From an uncultured Verrucomicrobiae bacterium (lineage in GTDB: Bacteria > Chlamydiota > Chlamydiia > Chlamydiales > Rhabdochlamydiaceae), in assembly GCA_963718565.1 (NCBI GenBank), contig OY970364.1, positions 2,176,001 through 2,240,000 on the forward strand: DNA of 64,000 bases. Direction: 5' to 3'. The notes under the pieces are model-generated. The model was not told the DNA's origin, searched no databases, and saw only the letters and a list, made by a program, of their open reading frames with translations. Both the position numbers and the translations under genes were made by a program. Positions 10,843-19,607 of this stretch are shown here, in pieces. Numbering within the stretch: position 1 is the stretch's first letter; each line of letters begins with the position of its first letter.

Positions 10843-12909
10843 CCCAAGTTCGCGGCTTTCCCAGAGGAGCTATGCAAATTCGTCACTACATCTTGAATTA
10901 AACGAGTGTTTTATGACCTCTGAGAATTGAAGACGATAATCCCAGCGCCCTGTAAATCTCTATTTGCTCGCCTTCTGCCTTTGTAGTGCTGCGGTGGTAG
11001 AGCACCCTGCCTTCTGTTGTCTTGGCCCGCACAGTTACTCGGACTCGAGTAATCATGATATTACGTATTGTCTGCCACAAATAGTTTATCCCTTTTCGAA
11101 TTAATTGGTGCCTGCAGTGTTGGATTAGATGGTAGGCAAGTATGGTGATCCATAAATGCCCGTCCACTCGATGTTCCTTCTGGTGATAGACTGGACGCAA
11201 TCCTAATGAGGATTTCATAAATCGAAACGCATCCTCAACGCTTCTGAGAACATTATACAATTGCCATAACTCTTTTGCTTCCAAATCGGTTCGATTTGTT
11301 CTCAGAAAATAGGAGCCAGTGAGCTTTTCTTGCATTTTTTCTTCGATCACCTTCCATTCCACAGCAATTGTGGTGAGCCCATCTTCTGAAGGAATTGCAT
11401 TGACTTCATAGCATCCTGAAATTCTCTTATGCTTTTCCTTGAGCCGACCTACCCGTTCAAGCACTTTGTTATGCTTCTTGCGCCCTTTAGGTTTGGAAAG
11501 ACCATTCGCAAGTTTTTGTAGATCATCTTCAAATCGTTTTCTAAATTTTTTCTTCATCCCTGAGGCGACCGCTGCTTTTGCTTCAGATTCGCAATAGAGC
11601 CAATTTTCCTCATTACCATCCTGACTGATCAAGGCAGCTTTTACTAGGTCATGCTGATCACCTACTGAGACTAATTGTCCTTCAAATTCAACAACGGGAG
11701 GATCTTGTCTTGCTGAGACAACATACGTATATCTATTCTTGCGTAACCAGGTCAGATTCTCTTCGGTAGCAATCCCTGCATCCAATACAATAGTTGGCTT
11801 GATTAGAGACGAGTGAATACTTAGGCTCGCGATCATTGTTTGTAGGGTTTGGGGCTCTGAAGCATTTCCTGCAAGTAATGAGGTTTTGATGAGAAATCCG
11901 TGCTCATTCATGACTAGCCCTATAGTAATGAGAGGGCAATCATTTCGTTTTTCTTTCGAAAGACCATAGGCAGCTTTTGGATTTGCCTCAGCCCGCCCTT
12001 CTGTATACGTATTGGTTAAATCGTAGAGAGCTATTGTACTTTTGTATCCATGAAATTGCTGTTCGATGGTTTCTAAAGCTGTTTCCAACCCGTCTTTATG
12101 AGACAGCAACGTATCGCTGATTTTATAGAGCTTGTGCAAAGTAGTTTTTGTAAAGTCGAAATCAAGTAATTCGCCAAGACCACTGCTAGTGCATAGCCAC
12201 CGATAAGCTTCCCTTTCGCTGCTTGGGTGTACAGCCCTGGCAACGATCGATCCCAAGGCAATTGCGGCATCTGTTTTTGAAAGGCCTAGTTTTTGCAGCT
12301 GTTCCGGCAGTTTGAGTTGATTTCCCATCTGAAGTAAGAGATGTTCCGCACCAACAGACCGTGGTTCAGTCTGTTCAATTGAATGAACGTCGATATTGAC
12401 AAATTCAGGTAGTAGATCTTGTTTTAGTTGTTCCGCGTTGTCTCCTGGGTCGGACAAACGACGCACAATCTGCGAGGTGTAAGATTGGGCTAGCTTTTGA
12501 ATCTCTTCTGGATAAGCGAATAACGATTGCGCACTTGTAAGAATATCTTCAATGCATTGAGCGAGAAGTGCATGCTGTTCTTCTGGGAGGTTGATTTCGG
12601 CTCCCATGTATAGAAGCGCGCGTTGGCGCGGGCCTCTATCAGTCCTCACGGATTCAACCAAGTGAAAAGCAGAGTAGGTTTTTCCGCTCTTACGGTCTGT
12701 CTTGAGGGTTTTCCTTATATACATGCCCTCAGATCTTACCGATGGATCGAATTTATTTAAACATGAAATAATTATTTTACAAATTTTCAGTCACTACAAA
12801 TTCGCAAAAACAGCAAAGCACTAAAAATAAGGGACTTACGAAAGCAAAGGTTGATTTTAATGTTGTTGATTATGAGGGACTTAGGTCAGCTCTCTCGGGC
12901 GAACTTGGG
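10843..12909 (-). mobile_element. IS1634-family insertion sequence, complete
   Basis: TIR CCCAAGTTCGC / GCGAACTTGGG, flanked by TTAA on both sides. Confidence 0.9.
10898..12724 (-). CDS. IS1634-family transposase
   Basis: LVESVR..GPRQR, YDLTNTYTEG, GLSKEKRND, VLDAGI, VEDAFRFMKSSLGLRPVYH, GHLWITILAY; 608 aa. Confidence 0.92.
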   Translation of the reverse strand: MYIRKTLKTDRKSGKTYSAFHLVESVRTDRGPRQRALLYMGAEINLPEEQHALLAQCIEDILTSAQSLFAYPEEIQKLAQSYTSQIVRRLSDPGDNAEQLKQDLLPEFVNIDVHSIEQTEPRSVGAEHLLLQMGNQLKLPEQLQKLGLSKTDAAIALGSIVARAVHPSSEREAYRWLCTSSGLGELLDFDFTKTTLHKLYKISDTLLSHKDGLETALETIEQQFHGYKSTIALYDLTNTYTEGRAEANPKAAYGLSKEKRNDCPLITIGLVMNEHGFLIKTSLLAGNASEPQTLQTMIASLSIHSSLIKPTIVLDAGIATEENLTWLRKNRYTYVVSARQDPPVVEFEGQLVSVGDQHDLVKAALISQDGNEENWLYCESEAKAAVASGMKKKFRKRFEDDLQKLANGLSKPKGRKKHNKVLERVGRLKEKHKRISGCYEVNAIPSEDGLTTIAVEWKVIEEKMQEKLTGSYFLRTNRTDLEAKELWQLYNVLRSVEDAFRFMKSSLGLRPVYHQKEHRVDGHLWITILAYHLIQHCRHQLIRKGINYLWQTIRNIMITRVRVTVRAKTTEGRVLYHRSTTKAEGEQIEIYRALGLSSSILRGHKTLV

Positions 12910-13133
12910 TTAATCTATTTATTGATGCAATTGAGGATGGGGAAAACGACTTTCTTCAAAAACTCGAAATCATTACAAAAATTCAAAAAAAGAATCCTGC
13001 ATTGTTACAAAAGTTTAACGAGGTTGAAATGCAGCTGTTAGGCAGCTTGTTGAGCTTGATGCCTCTCGCTACTGGGATGTGAAAACTTGGCGGCGCGACC
13101 TCCTCTCCCATACTCTTGCGTACAATACCATAA

Positions 13134-13301
13134 TACTGCGCCCGCTTAGGTTTTGCGAATTTTGACACGCTGCGACTTTGCCAAATCGATCCTTCTCGCT
13201 CGCCTTGCTATTCAACAATGGTCTCGCTTGTTCGCCCGCTTCGCTTCGATCTTGCTTCGTCTTGCAGAGTCAAAATTCGCAAAACCTAAGCGGGCGCAGT
13301 A
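13134..13301. mobile_element. MITE, TACYG-ended family (168 bp)
   Basis: Perfect 33-bp TIR TACTGCGCCCGCTTAGGTTTTGCGAATTTTGAC; interior homologous, in reverse orientation, to 58085-58307. Confidence 0.8.
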
Positions 13302-13314
13302 TAGAAGAAATCGA

Positions 13315-15141
13315 TTACAAAAATTGAGCCATCTTTTCGAGGATCTGGTTTGAGCGGGTCACAAATTGCGATAAGGCGCTCGGTTCAAGCTCTCGTTGGG
13401 ATAAGAGCGATAATTCATAGAGATAGTGGACCATTTCTTTGGCCAAAGCAGGGTCTTTATCTTTGAGCTGGTAGATCGCTTGAACGAGTTTGTTGTTCGT
13501 ATTGACGACGAAAGTGCGTTTAGCAGCAAAGCTTGGGGGGAGGGTCTGCTGAGCAAGGGCCATCGTTTCACGCATGCGGCGCATCTCTTCATCGACGACG
13601 AGGAGAGCTGGCACAGAATCGGTCGCCAAACTTTTAGCTTCGACTGTCAGGTTGTCGCTGCCGAGTTTGGAACGAATGAAATCAGCGATTTTGAAACTTT
13701 CCGGTCTGCCTTCAGCATCGAGCATTGTCTTTTCACGGGAAGAGTCGACGATGGATTCATCGATTGCTCCATCAACGCGCTGGAATGTGACACCGTCCAT
13801 TTTGTCTTCAAAAAGATTGATTAAAGGGGTGTCGACAAGAGAAGATGCTGTGAGGATTTCAATGTTTTTTTTCTTGTACAAGTCTAGAACATGGCTTTGG
13901 AGCTGATCTTCTGTGCCATAGAAGACCTTGCCTTTATATTCTTCTTTGTGGCGCTCCAAGTACTCCGCGATTGTCGTCCATTCGCCATTGATATTTTTCC
14001 AAATCAGAAAATCTTTGGACCGCTCATAGAATTTATCGTCTTGCAGCATGCCGAGTTTGATGATCATCTCGATATCGGGCCAAGCTTTGATGAATTGTTC
14101 TCGTTCTGTCGTATGCAGAGAAGAAAGGCGATCCGAGACTTTTTTGGAAATGTGTTGAGAGAGTTGGCGCACTGTGCGGTCCATTTGAAGAGTGCTGCGT
14201 GAAACATTGAGGGGAATGTCAGGACTATCGATCGCCCCGCGCAGGATCATCAAATAATCAGGGATCAGATCTTTACAGTGATCAGAGACGAATACGCGGT
14301 TGCAGAAGAGCTTGATCGTATTTTGATTCCAGTCAAAACGCCGCGTGATTTTTGGAAAATAGAGAATCGCTTTGAGATGAAAAGGGTAATCGACATTGAG
14401 GTGGATCCAGAAAATAGGGTCGGGTTCAGGCGGATAAAGTGAGCGGTAGAATTCAAGATAATCTGCATCTGTGCAATCTGAGGCATTTTTTAACCAGAGA
14501 GGCTGTTTCTTGTTAATTTGCGATCCATTGAGGAAGATAGGAAAAGGTAAAAAGGCGCAATAATGTTGCAAAATCGAACGGAGTCGGCTTTCTTCGAGGA
14601 ATTCTTCATTGTCTTTGTCAATGGACAGTGTAATTTTAGTCCCACGGGATATTTGTTGGCCTTTGTCTAAAGTGTATGAAGTCGAACCATCACAGGTCCA
14701 AAACGCAGGTTCGGAGCCACTACGATAGGAAAGGGTGTCGATAGTGACATTTTCTGCAACCATGTAAGAGGAATAGAAGCCGAGGCCGAAATGACCGATG
14801 ATCTGATCTTTTTCGTTTTGAGTGCTGTATTTTCCGATGAATTCTTCCGCTCCTGAAAAAGCCACTTGCGCAATGTATTTCTCAACCTCCTCTGCCGTCA
14901 TGCCAATGCCGTTATCAGTAAATGTCAAAGTGCGGGCATTTTTATCGGTCTGGATATCGATGCGGAATTCCTCGTCGGGAGTATCGAGCTCGCCATGGTC
15001 GCGCAACACGCGGCATTTTTGGATGGCGTCGCAAGCATTTGAGATGAGTTCTCGGACGAAAATATCCTTATCAGAGTAAAGCCATTTTTTAATGATGGGC
15101 AAAATGTTCTCGGTGTGGATTTTCAAGGTTCCTGTCGTCAT
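13315..15141 (-). CDS. htpG: Chaperone HtpG (Hsp90)
   Basis: LYSDKDIFVRELISNACDA, DNGIGM, IGHFGLGFYS, DIPLNVSRS. Confidence 0.96.
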   Translation of the reverse strand: MTTGTLKIHTENILPIIKKWLYSDKDIFVRELISNACDAIQKCRVLRDHGELDTPDEEFRIDIQTDKNARTLTFTDNGIGMTAEEVEKYIAQVAFSGAEEFIGKYSTQNEKDQIIGHFGLGFYSSYMVAENVTIDTLSYRSGSEPAFWTCDGSTSYTLDKGQQISRGTKITLSIDKDNEEFLEESRLRSILQHYCAFLPFPIFLNGSQINKKQPLWLKNASDCTDADYLEFYRSLYPPEPDPIFWIHLNVDYPFHLKAILYFPKITRRFDWNQNTIKLFCNRVFVSDHCKDLIPDYLMILRGAIDSPDIPLNVSRSTLQMDRTVRQLSQHISKKVSDRLSSLHTTEREQFIKAWPDIEMIIKLGMLQDDKFYERSKDFLIWKNINGEWTTIAEYLERHKEEYKGKVFYGTEDQLQSHVLDLYKKKNIEILTASSLVDTPLINLFEDKMDGVTFQRVDGAIDESIVDSSREKTMLDAEGRPESFKIADFIRSKLGSDNLTVEAKSLATDSVPALLVVDEEMRRMRETMALAQQTLPPSFAAKRTFVVNTNNKLVQAIYQLKDKDPALAKEMVHYLYELSLLSQRELEPSALSQFVTRSNQILEKMAQFL

Positions 15142-15173
15142 GAAATCGCTCCTCTTTCAAAAGTTTGGACTGG

Positions 15174-15306
15174 GAGGGAATTGCAAAACTCCCCGCCACA
15201 TAAAATCGCGCTTTTGGCACCTGTTGCCAGAACCCGCTGTGCGGGTTCTGGCAACAGGTGCCAAAATCATCGACTTTCTGCTAGCGAGGGGTTTTGCAAT
15301 TCTCTC
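15174..15306. mobile_element. MITE, GAGGGAATTGCAAAA family (133 bp)
   Basis: TIR GAGGGAATTGCAAAAC / GTTTTGCAATTCTCTC; internal perfect hairpin GGCACCTGTTGCCAGAACCCGC..GCGGGTTCTGGCAACAGGTGCC; flanks CTGG/CCGG. Confidence 0.8.
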
Positions 15307-15585
15307 CCGGCTTAGCAAGGATACTGGAAAACTGGTTTTGATCGCAACGGGATGAAGGGGATAAATCAGAGACGGCGCATTAAAAATTTTATAGTAAAAC
15401 CCGATTCTTCATGTTGTTTCGGTATACAAGCTTGATAAATTTTAAAAAATCTTAGGGAGTATCAAGTCTTCTTTATTCATTTTCACGAGAAGAAGTAGAA
15501 TTTTCTTTGCAAAAAAACAAGGCAATTTTAACATGACTTTAATATTTCATCGGGTCCCAAGACTTTTAACCAAAAGGAGGTCTTT

Positions 15586-16197
15586 ATGAAAAACATAAAA
15601 TCAGCACCACTTGCGATTACTTGCCTAGTTGCATTACTAGGAGTTGGATGCCCTACCCAGGGAACAGCGAACTCGGATAGAGGCATGGTTAAGGACTGGA
15701 TTGATGACAGTAGTGAATTTCTTAAGAAAGGGATCGATTCTCTTGAAGGCGATGTCAGTGCTATCCAAGATTGTTTAAATAACTATCAATGGAAAGGCCT
15801 TATCCAAGACAAGGCAACCTCTGGACCAGTCACATTAAAACATCTAGAACTTAACGACCATTCTAGAGCAATTGTTGTGAGGCCTGGAGAACAAATAGCC
15901 GCTGAGGTTAAATGTATATTGGATTCAAATGAGGTGGATCCTTTGGGTGTCTACCGCGTTGTCATTGGAATCAAAGGAGAAGGTCCTCAAACCACAATCG
16001 GAAATGAAATAGGCTTTGCCGCTAAGACATCTAGAGAAAAATTCACTCTAAATGCTCCGGATAAGGCAGGAATATATGAAGTTCGTTTTAGATGTGTTGA
16101 CGCTCTCTTCAAATCCACAGGTTTGGAAGCCTGGAAAGATGAGGGAGGGAATGAACCTGATGCGACAACAACGATCGGAATCATCGTTGTGAGATAG
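15586..16197 (+). CDS. Hypothetical exported protein, possible lipoprotein
   Basis: AGGAGG SD; signal peptide with LGVGC lipobox-like site; beta-rich C-terminal half. Confidence 0.75.
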   Translation: MKNIKSAPLAITCLVALLGVGCPTQGTANSDRGMVKDWIDDSSEFLKKGIDSLEGDVSAIQDCLNNYQWKGLIQDKATSGPVTLKHLELNDHSRAIVVRPGEQIAAEVKCILDSNEVDPLGVYRVVIGIKGEGPQTTIGNEIGFAAKTSREKFTLNAPDKAGIYEVRFRCVDALFKSTGLEAWKDEGGNEPDATTTIGIIVVR

Positions 16198-16220
16198 TCT
16201 ACTCTCGATTTCTTAGTACA

Positions 16221-16252
16221 AGGGCCGGGAGAGTTCTCCTGGCCTTTTTTTT
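16221..16252 (+). terminator. Intrinsic terminator
   Basis: GGCCGGGAGA-GT-TCTCCTGGCC followed by T8. Confidence 0.85.
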
Positions 16253-16300
16253 GTGCGCCGGGCAGGGCGCAACTCTAAAGAGTGAGAGTCTCTCGGGCAA
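16253..16300 (+). mobile_element. 5' stub of a group IIC intron
   Basis: GTGCGCCGGGCAGGGCGCAACTCTAAAGAGTGAGAGTCTCT resembles IIC 5' ends (GUGYG start, GUGAGA loop) and starts directly after a terminator U-tract. Confidence 0.7.
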
Positions 16301-16316
16301 AATTGTTTTAGTATTA

Positions 16317-16429
16317 GAGGGAATTGCAAAACTCCTCACCGCATAAAATCGCGCTTTTGGCACTTAACGCACCAAAAATTGCCTCAAAATCCACGACGAT
16401 CTACTATAAAGTAAACCCGAAACTCAGGG
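16317..16429. mobile_element. Chimeric MITE remnant (GAGGGAATTGC left half plus ACCTGAG-family right half)
   Basis: 16317-16363 matches 15174-15219; 16375-16429 resembles 36230-36298. Confidence 0.7.
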
Positions 16430-16444
16430 TTCTTAAGGACTTCT

Positions 16445-18079
16445 ATGCGCGTTCTCGTCGCTCAGCTCAACCCGATTGTCGGAGACTTTGAAGGAAATAT
16501 TCGAAAAATTATTCAAACCCTCGATCGAGCAAGATCCAAGCAGATCGATCTCGTTGTCTTTTCAGAGTTTGTCCTGTGCGGGTATCCTCCAGAGGACTTA
16601 TTGCTGCATTCTGCATTTGTCGATGCTAATAAAAAATATTTAGAGAAAGTGGTTCAAACTTCGACGCATTTAATGGTTGTCCTAGGGATGGTAAGGCGCA
16701 ATCCCGACAAAAAAGAAAAGCCCATCTTTAATAGTGCAGCGATCATTCAAGACGGGAAACTTGTCGGGTTTGAAGACAAGCAACTGCTCCCGACCTACGA
16801 TGTCTTTGATGAGCGCCGTTACTTTGAGCCGGGGACGAGGACTCAAATATGGGAATTCAAAGGGAAAAAAATCGGCGTGATGATTTGCGAGGATATTTGG
16901 CAGCATGCGGGTTTTGTCAGCGACACTTATTACGCGCATGATCCTGTCTTGGATTTTCAAGCTTTAAAACCGGATATTGTCTTAAATCTTTCCTCTTCTC
17001 CTTATCAATATCAAAAGCCAGAGACTCGCGTCCAAGTCTGCGCAAAGTGCGCGAGGACACTGGACTGTCCGGTGATTTTGTGCTGCCAAGTCGGGGCTAA
17101 TGATCAGCTTGTCTTTGATGGCTATAGCCTTTATGTCAATCGGAAGGGACAGCTTGCCCAAGTGGCCAAAGGTTTTGAAGAAGACGAGATGGTGATCGAT
17201 CTCGATGCTCCAGCGCATCCTTGCGCATTTTCCTATGATCCGACCAAAGACCTTTACCACGCTCTTGTTTTGGGAGTGCGCGATTATTTTCATAAGCAGG
17301 GTTTCCAAAAGGGATGTTTGGGTTTGTCAGGAGGAATCGATTCTGCGCTTGTGGCTTGTATTGCCGCTGATGCGCTGGGGAAGGAAAATGTCTTGGCGGT
17401 GACAATGCCTTCTCGTTATAGCTCGCCTGGCAGTGTGACCGATTCGGAAATTTTGGCGCGCAATTTGGGCATAGAATTATTGCATATCTCCATTGAAAAG
17501 CCTTTTCAGGGATTTCTCGAATTGCTCCAGCCTTATTTTCGTGGGAAAGCAGCTGACACTACAGAAGAAAACATGCAAGCCCGAATCCGAGGAATGATCT
17601 TAATGACGATCTCAAACAAGCATGGCTACATCGTGATGAGCACGGGAAATAAGAGTGAAATGGCTCTGGGCTACTGTACTCTTTATGGAGATATGGCTGG
17701 GGGGCTTGGAGTCATTTCCGATGTGACAAAGCAGCAAGTCTACATGCTCTCTCGCTGGCTCAATCGCGAGAAGGAGGTCATCCCGCAATCTATTATCGAT
17801 AAAGTCCCATCTGCTGAGCTTAAGGCTAATCAGAAAGATACCGATTCCCTTCCCGCATACGACATTGTCGACAAAGTTCTGCAAGGTTATGTCGAAGAGT
17901 ACTTAACTCCTGAAGAAATTGCTAGAAAGTATGCCATTCCCATCGATGTCGTATTGAATCTGGTACGCCGCATTCATGGCGCCGAATACAAGCGTCGCCA
18001 AGCCCCACCGGGCATTCGCGTCACTAAAAAAGCTTTTAGTATTGGTAGGCGCTATCCCATCGTTCAAAGCTGGATGTAA
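16445..18079 (+). CDS. nadE: Glutamine-dependent NAD+ synthetase
   Basis: Nitrilase domain (GYPPEDLL, YDVFDERRYF, ICEDIW) plus GLSGGIDS, TGNKSE, PSAEL, AEYKRRQ. Confidence 0.96.
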   Translation: MRVLVAQLNPIVGDFEGNIRKIIQTLDRARSKQIDLVVFSEFVLCGYPPEDLLLHSAFVDANKKYLEKVVQTSTHLMVVLGMVRRNPDKKEKPIFNSAAIIQDGKLVGFEDKQLLPTYDVFDERRYFEPGTRTQIWEFKGKKIGVMICEDIWQHAGFVSDTYYAHDPVLDFQALKPDIVLNLSSSPYQYQKPETRVQVCAKCARTLDCPVILCCQVGANDQLVFDGYSLYVNRKGQLAQVAKGFEEDEMVIDLDAPAHPCAFSYDPTKDLYHALVLGVRDYFHKQGFQKGCLGLSGGIDSALVACIAADALGKENVLAVTMPSRYSSPGSVTDSEILARNLGIELLHISIEKPFQGFLELLQPYFRGKAADTTEENMQARIRGMILMTISNKHGYIVMSTGNKSEMALGYCTLYGDMAGGLGVISDVTKQQVYMLSRWLNREKEVIPQSIIDKVPSAELKANQKDTDSLPAYDIVDKVLQGYVEEYLTPEEIARKYAIPIDVVLNLVRRIHGAEYKRRQAPPGIRVTKKAFSIGRRYPIVQSWM

Positions 18080-18126
18080 AAATATATTGATGCAGGATTA
18101 ATCACTGCAACCAGTGGTCTCACAGG

Positions 18127-18379
18127 GTACGTCCTTAAAAACTTTCTGTGGAACCAGAGCAGTCTAAATATAGGGCGCTCTGTTATCAAGCGAAAGTTTT
18201 ATTAATGGGTCTGGGCGTTTTGTTCTGACTTTACAAGCCGCTCAATTCATACTTCCTCGGAGACCTGTGGCAAGCACTGAATGTCATTTGGATCCATGCC
18301 TGATTGAGATCGATAAATGCAAAGCCTGGCATGGATCCAAATGACATTCAGTGCTTGCCATAGGTTTTTGAGAACGTAC
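18127..18379. mobile_element. MITE, GTACGT-ended family (253 bp)
   Basis: TIR GTACGTCCTTAAAAAC / GTTTTTGAGAACGTAC; 8-bp TSD CTCACAGG; subterminal hairpin with a stem of about 32 bp. Confidence 0.85.
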
Positions 18380-18388
18380 CTCACAGGC

Positions 18389-18971
18389 CTGATCGTTACC
18401 CACAAATCTAAAATTTAGTATCCTGTTTCGCTTTTCACAAGGAGCAGGTATCATGAACTACCAATGGATTCATCAACAATTCTCTAACGTCAATATGAAA
18501 GACACTCGTCTACAGAAGAGGGCTGTTCAGATCGCGCAGGGTTGCGCAGAACATCTTGACAAATCATTGCCTGATCGGTTTGATGATTGGGCTGGGGTAA
18601 AGGCGGCGTATCGTTTTTTTAGTAACCCCAAAGCCTCACATCAGACTCTACAACAGCCCCACTATCAAGCGGTATTAGAAAAAGCTCGCTGGTCCGAAGA
18701 ACTCGTCCTGTTTATTCAGGATGGGTCAGAGCTTTTGTTCAACTCTCATCCATGGACACATGGGCTTGGGCCTACTGCTGACTATACTGGGAATGGACTC
18801 ATGTTTCACTCGTGTCTTGTCGCAAAATATCATGAGTCTAAAGAAACCGAGATCTTAGGACTTAGCTACCAAGAAGCTTGGATTCGTCCCGAGAAAAAAG
18901 CAGTCAATACGAGATTCAAAGACATGTTGTGGGGAGCAGGATATGTTTAAGAGCTTGTGGGTAACGATTAG
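18389..18971 (+). mobile_element. Internally deleted IS4-family (IS50/Tn5-like) element; transposase fragment 18453-18950
   Basis: TIR CTGATCGTTACCCACAA / TTGTGGGTAACGATTAG; 9-bp TSD CTCACAGGC; DTRLQKR, KAAYRFFSNP, IQDGSEL, GLGP, GLMFHS motifs. Confidence 0.88.
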
Positions 18972-19071
18972 CTCACAGGCTCCCTAATAAATGCAAAAAA
19001 ATTATCTTGAACCAATAATCTGTTTTTTGGTTTGTTGGTTGTGAAAGTTTTTATCTAGTCAAAGAGGGAGT

Positions 19072-19591
19072 ATGAAAAAGCTTATTTTTAAGATCCTAAA
19101 AAGTAGCATCGTCTGCGTTTTTTTGTGCAGTTCTGCAATCGCTTTATGCGACAATGCGCAGAAACAGCAATTAATCACAAAGAAAGTGTACATATACCGA
19201 AATGAACTCAAGATTTGGGAATTTGGCAAGGAGGCGCCCTGAATTTGAGCCAGCGTATGCGACGCCGAAGCAGCACAACTTGAATAAGTTGTGCGATGCA
19301 GGTGGGCTCAAATACAGTGGCTGCCCGACGTAGCCAAAAACCAAATCTTGAGTTCATTTCGGTATAGCTCTAGATCAATTATGGATCGATGAAAGAGGAA
19401 TGTTTGTCAATTTTAGTGGAAATATCCAAACTGTTTCAGCAGTTTTTAGAGATGAAGGAGGCCTTTACATAAGTGCCGAAGATCTGGGAAGAGAAAATTC
19501 CCAGCCGCAATACGAATGTCCTAATGGACATCCTTCTCGCCACGGCGATGGTAGATGCAATCAACGAGATTGTCCTTACTTTAGAGGCTAA
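19072..19591 (+). pseudogene. Small secreted Cys-rich protein (115 aa when rebuilt) interrupted by a MITE
   Basis: 19072-19194 + 19367-19591 gives MKKLIFKIL...KKVYI|ALDQLWIDERGMFV...CPNGH...CNQRDCPYFRG; GAGGGAG SD. Confidence 0.8.
19195..19364. mobile_element. MITE with TACCG ends (170 bp)
   Basis: TIR TACCGAAATGAACTCAAGATTTGG / CCAAATCTTGAGTTCATTTCGGTA; TA duplication; nested hairpins. Confidence 0.88.
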
Positions 19592-19607
19592 AGATTCTTA
19601 AGATAGA

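Larger units (their letters stand above)
8458..13082 (+). pseudogene. Hypothetical gene (paralog 2, about 352 aa when rebuilt) split by IS256 and IS1634
   Basis: 8458-8568 + 10064-10842 + 12914-13082 joins into one open frame (MIIINSLLEWWYKGD...SSFL|SKKT...KKIIN|LFIDAIED...LATGM*). Confidence 0.85.

Noticed and set aside
10013..10930. 305-aa ORF as an intact gene
   Set aside because: It starts inside the IS256 right end and stops inside IS1634; it is the middle piece of the paralog 2 pseudogene
12983..13353. Two small ORFs sharing SKFAKPKRAQY
   Set aside because: Artefact of translating the two TIRs of one MITE; the same applies to the SRSQSKFTKP peptides at 24424 and 58252
15142..15585. 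CIRCE/HrcA operator upstream of htpG
   Set aside because: No TTAGCACTC-N9-GAGTGCTAA match; the palindrome there belongs to a MITE
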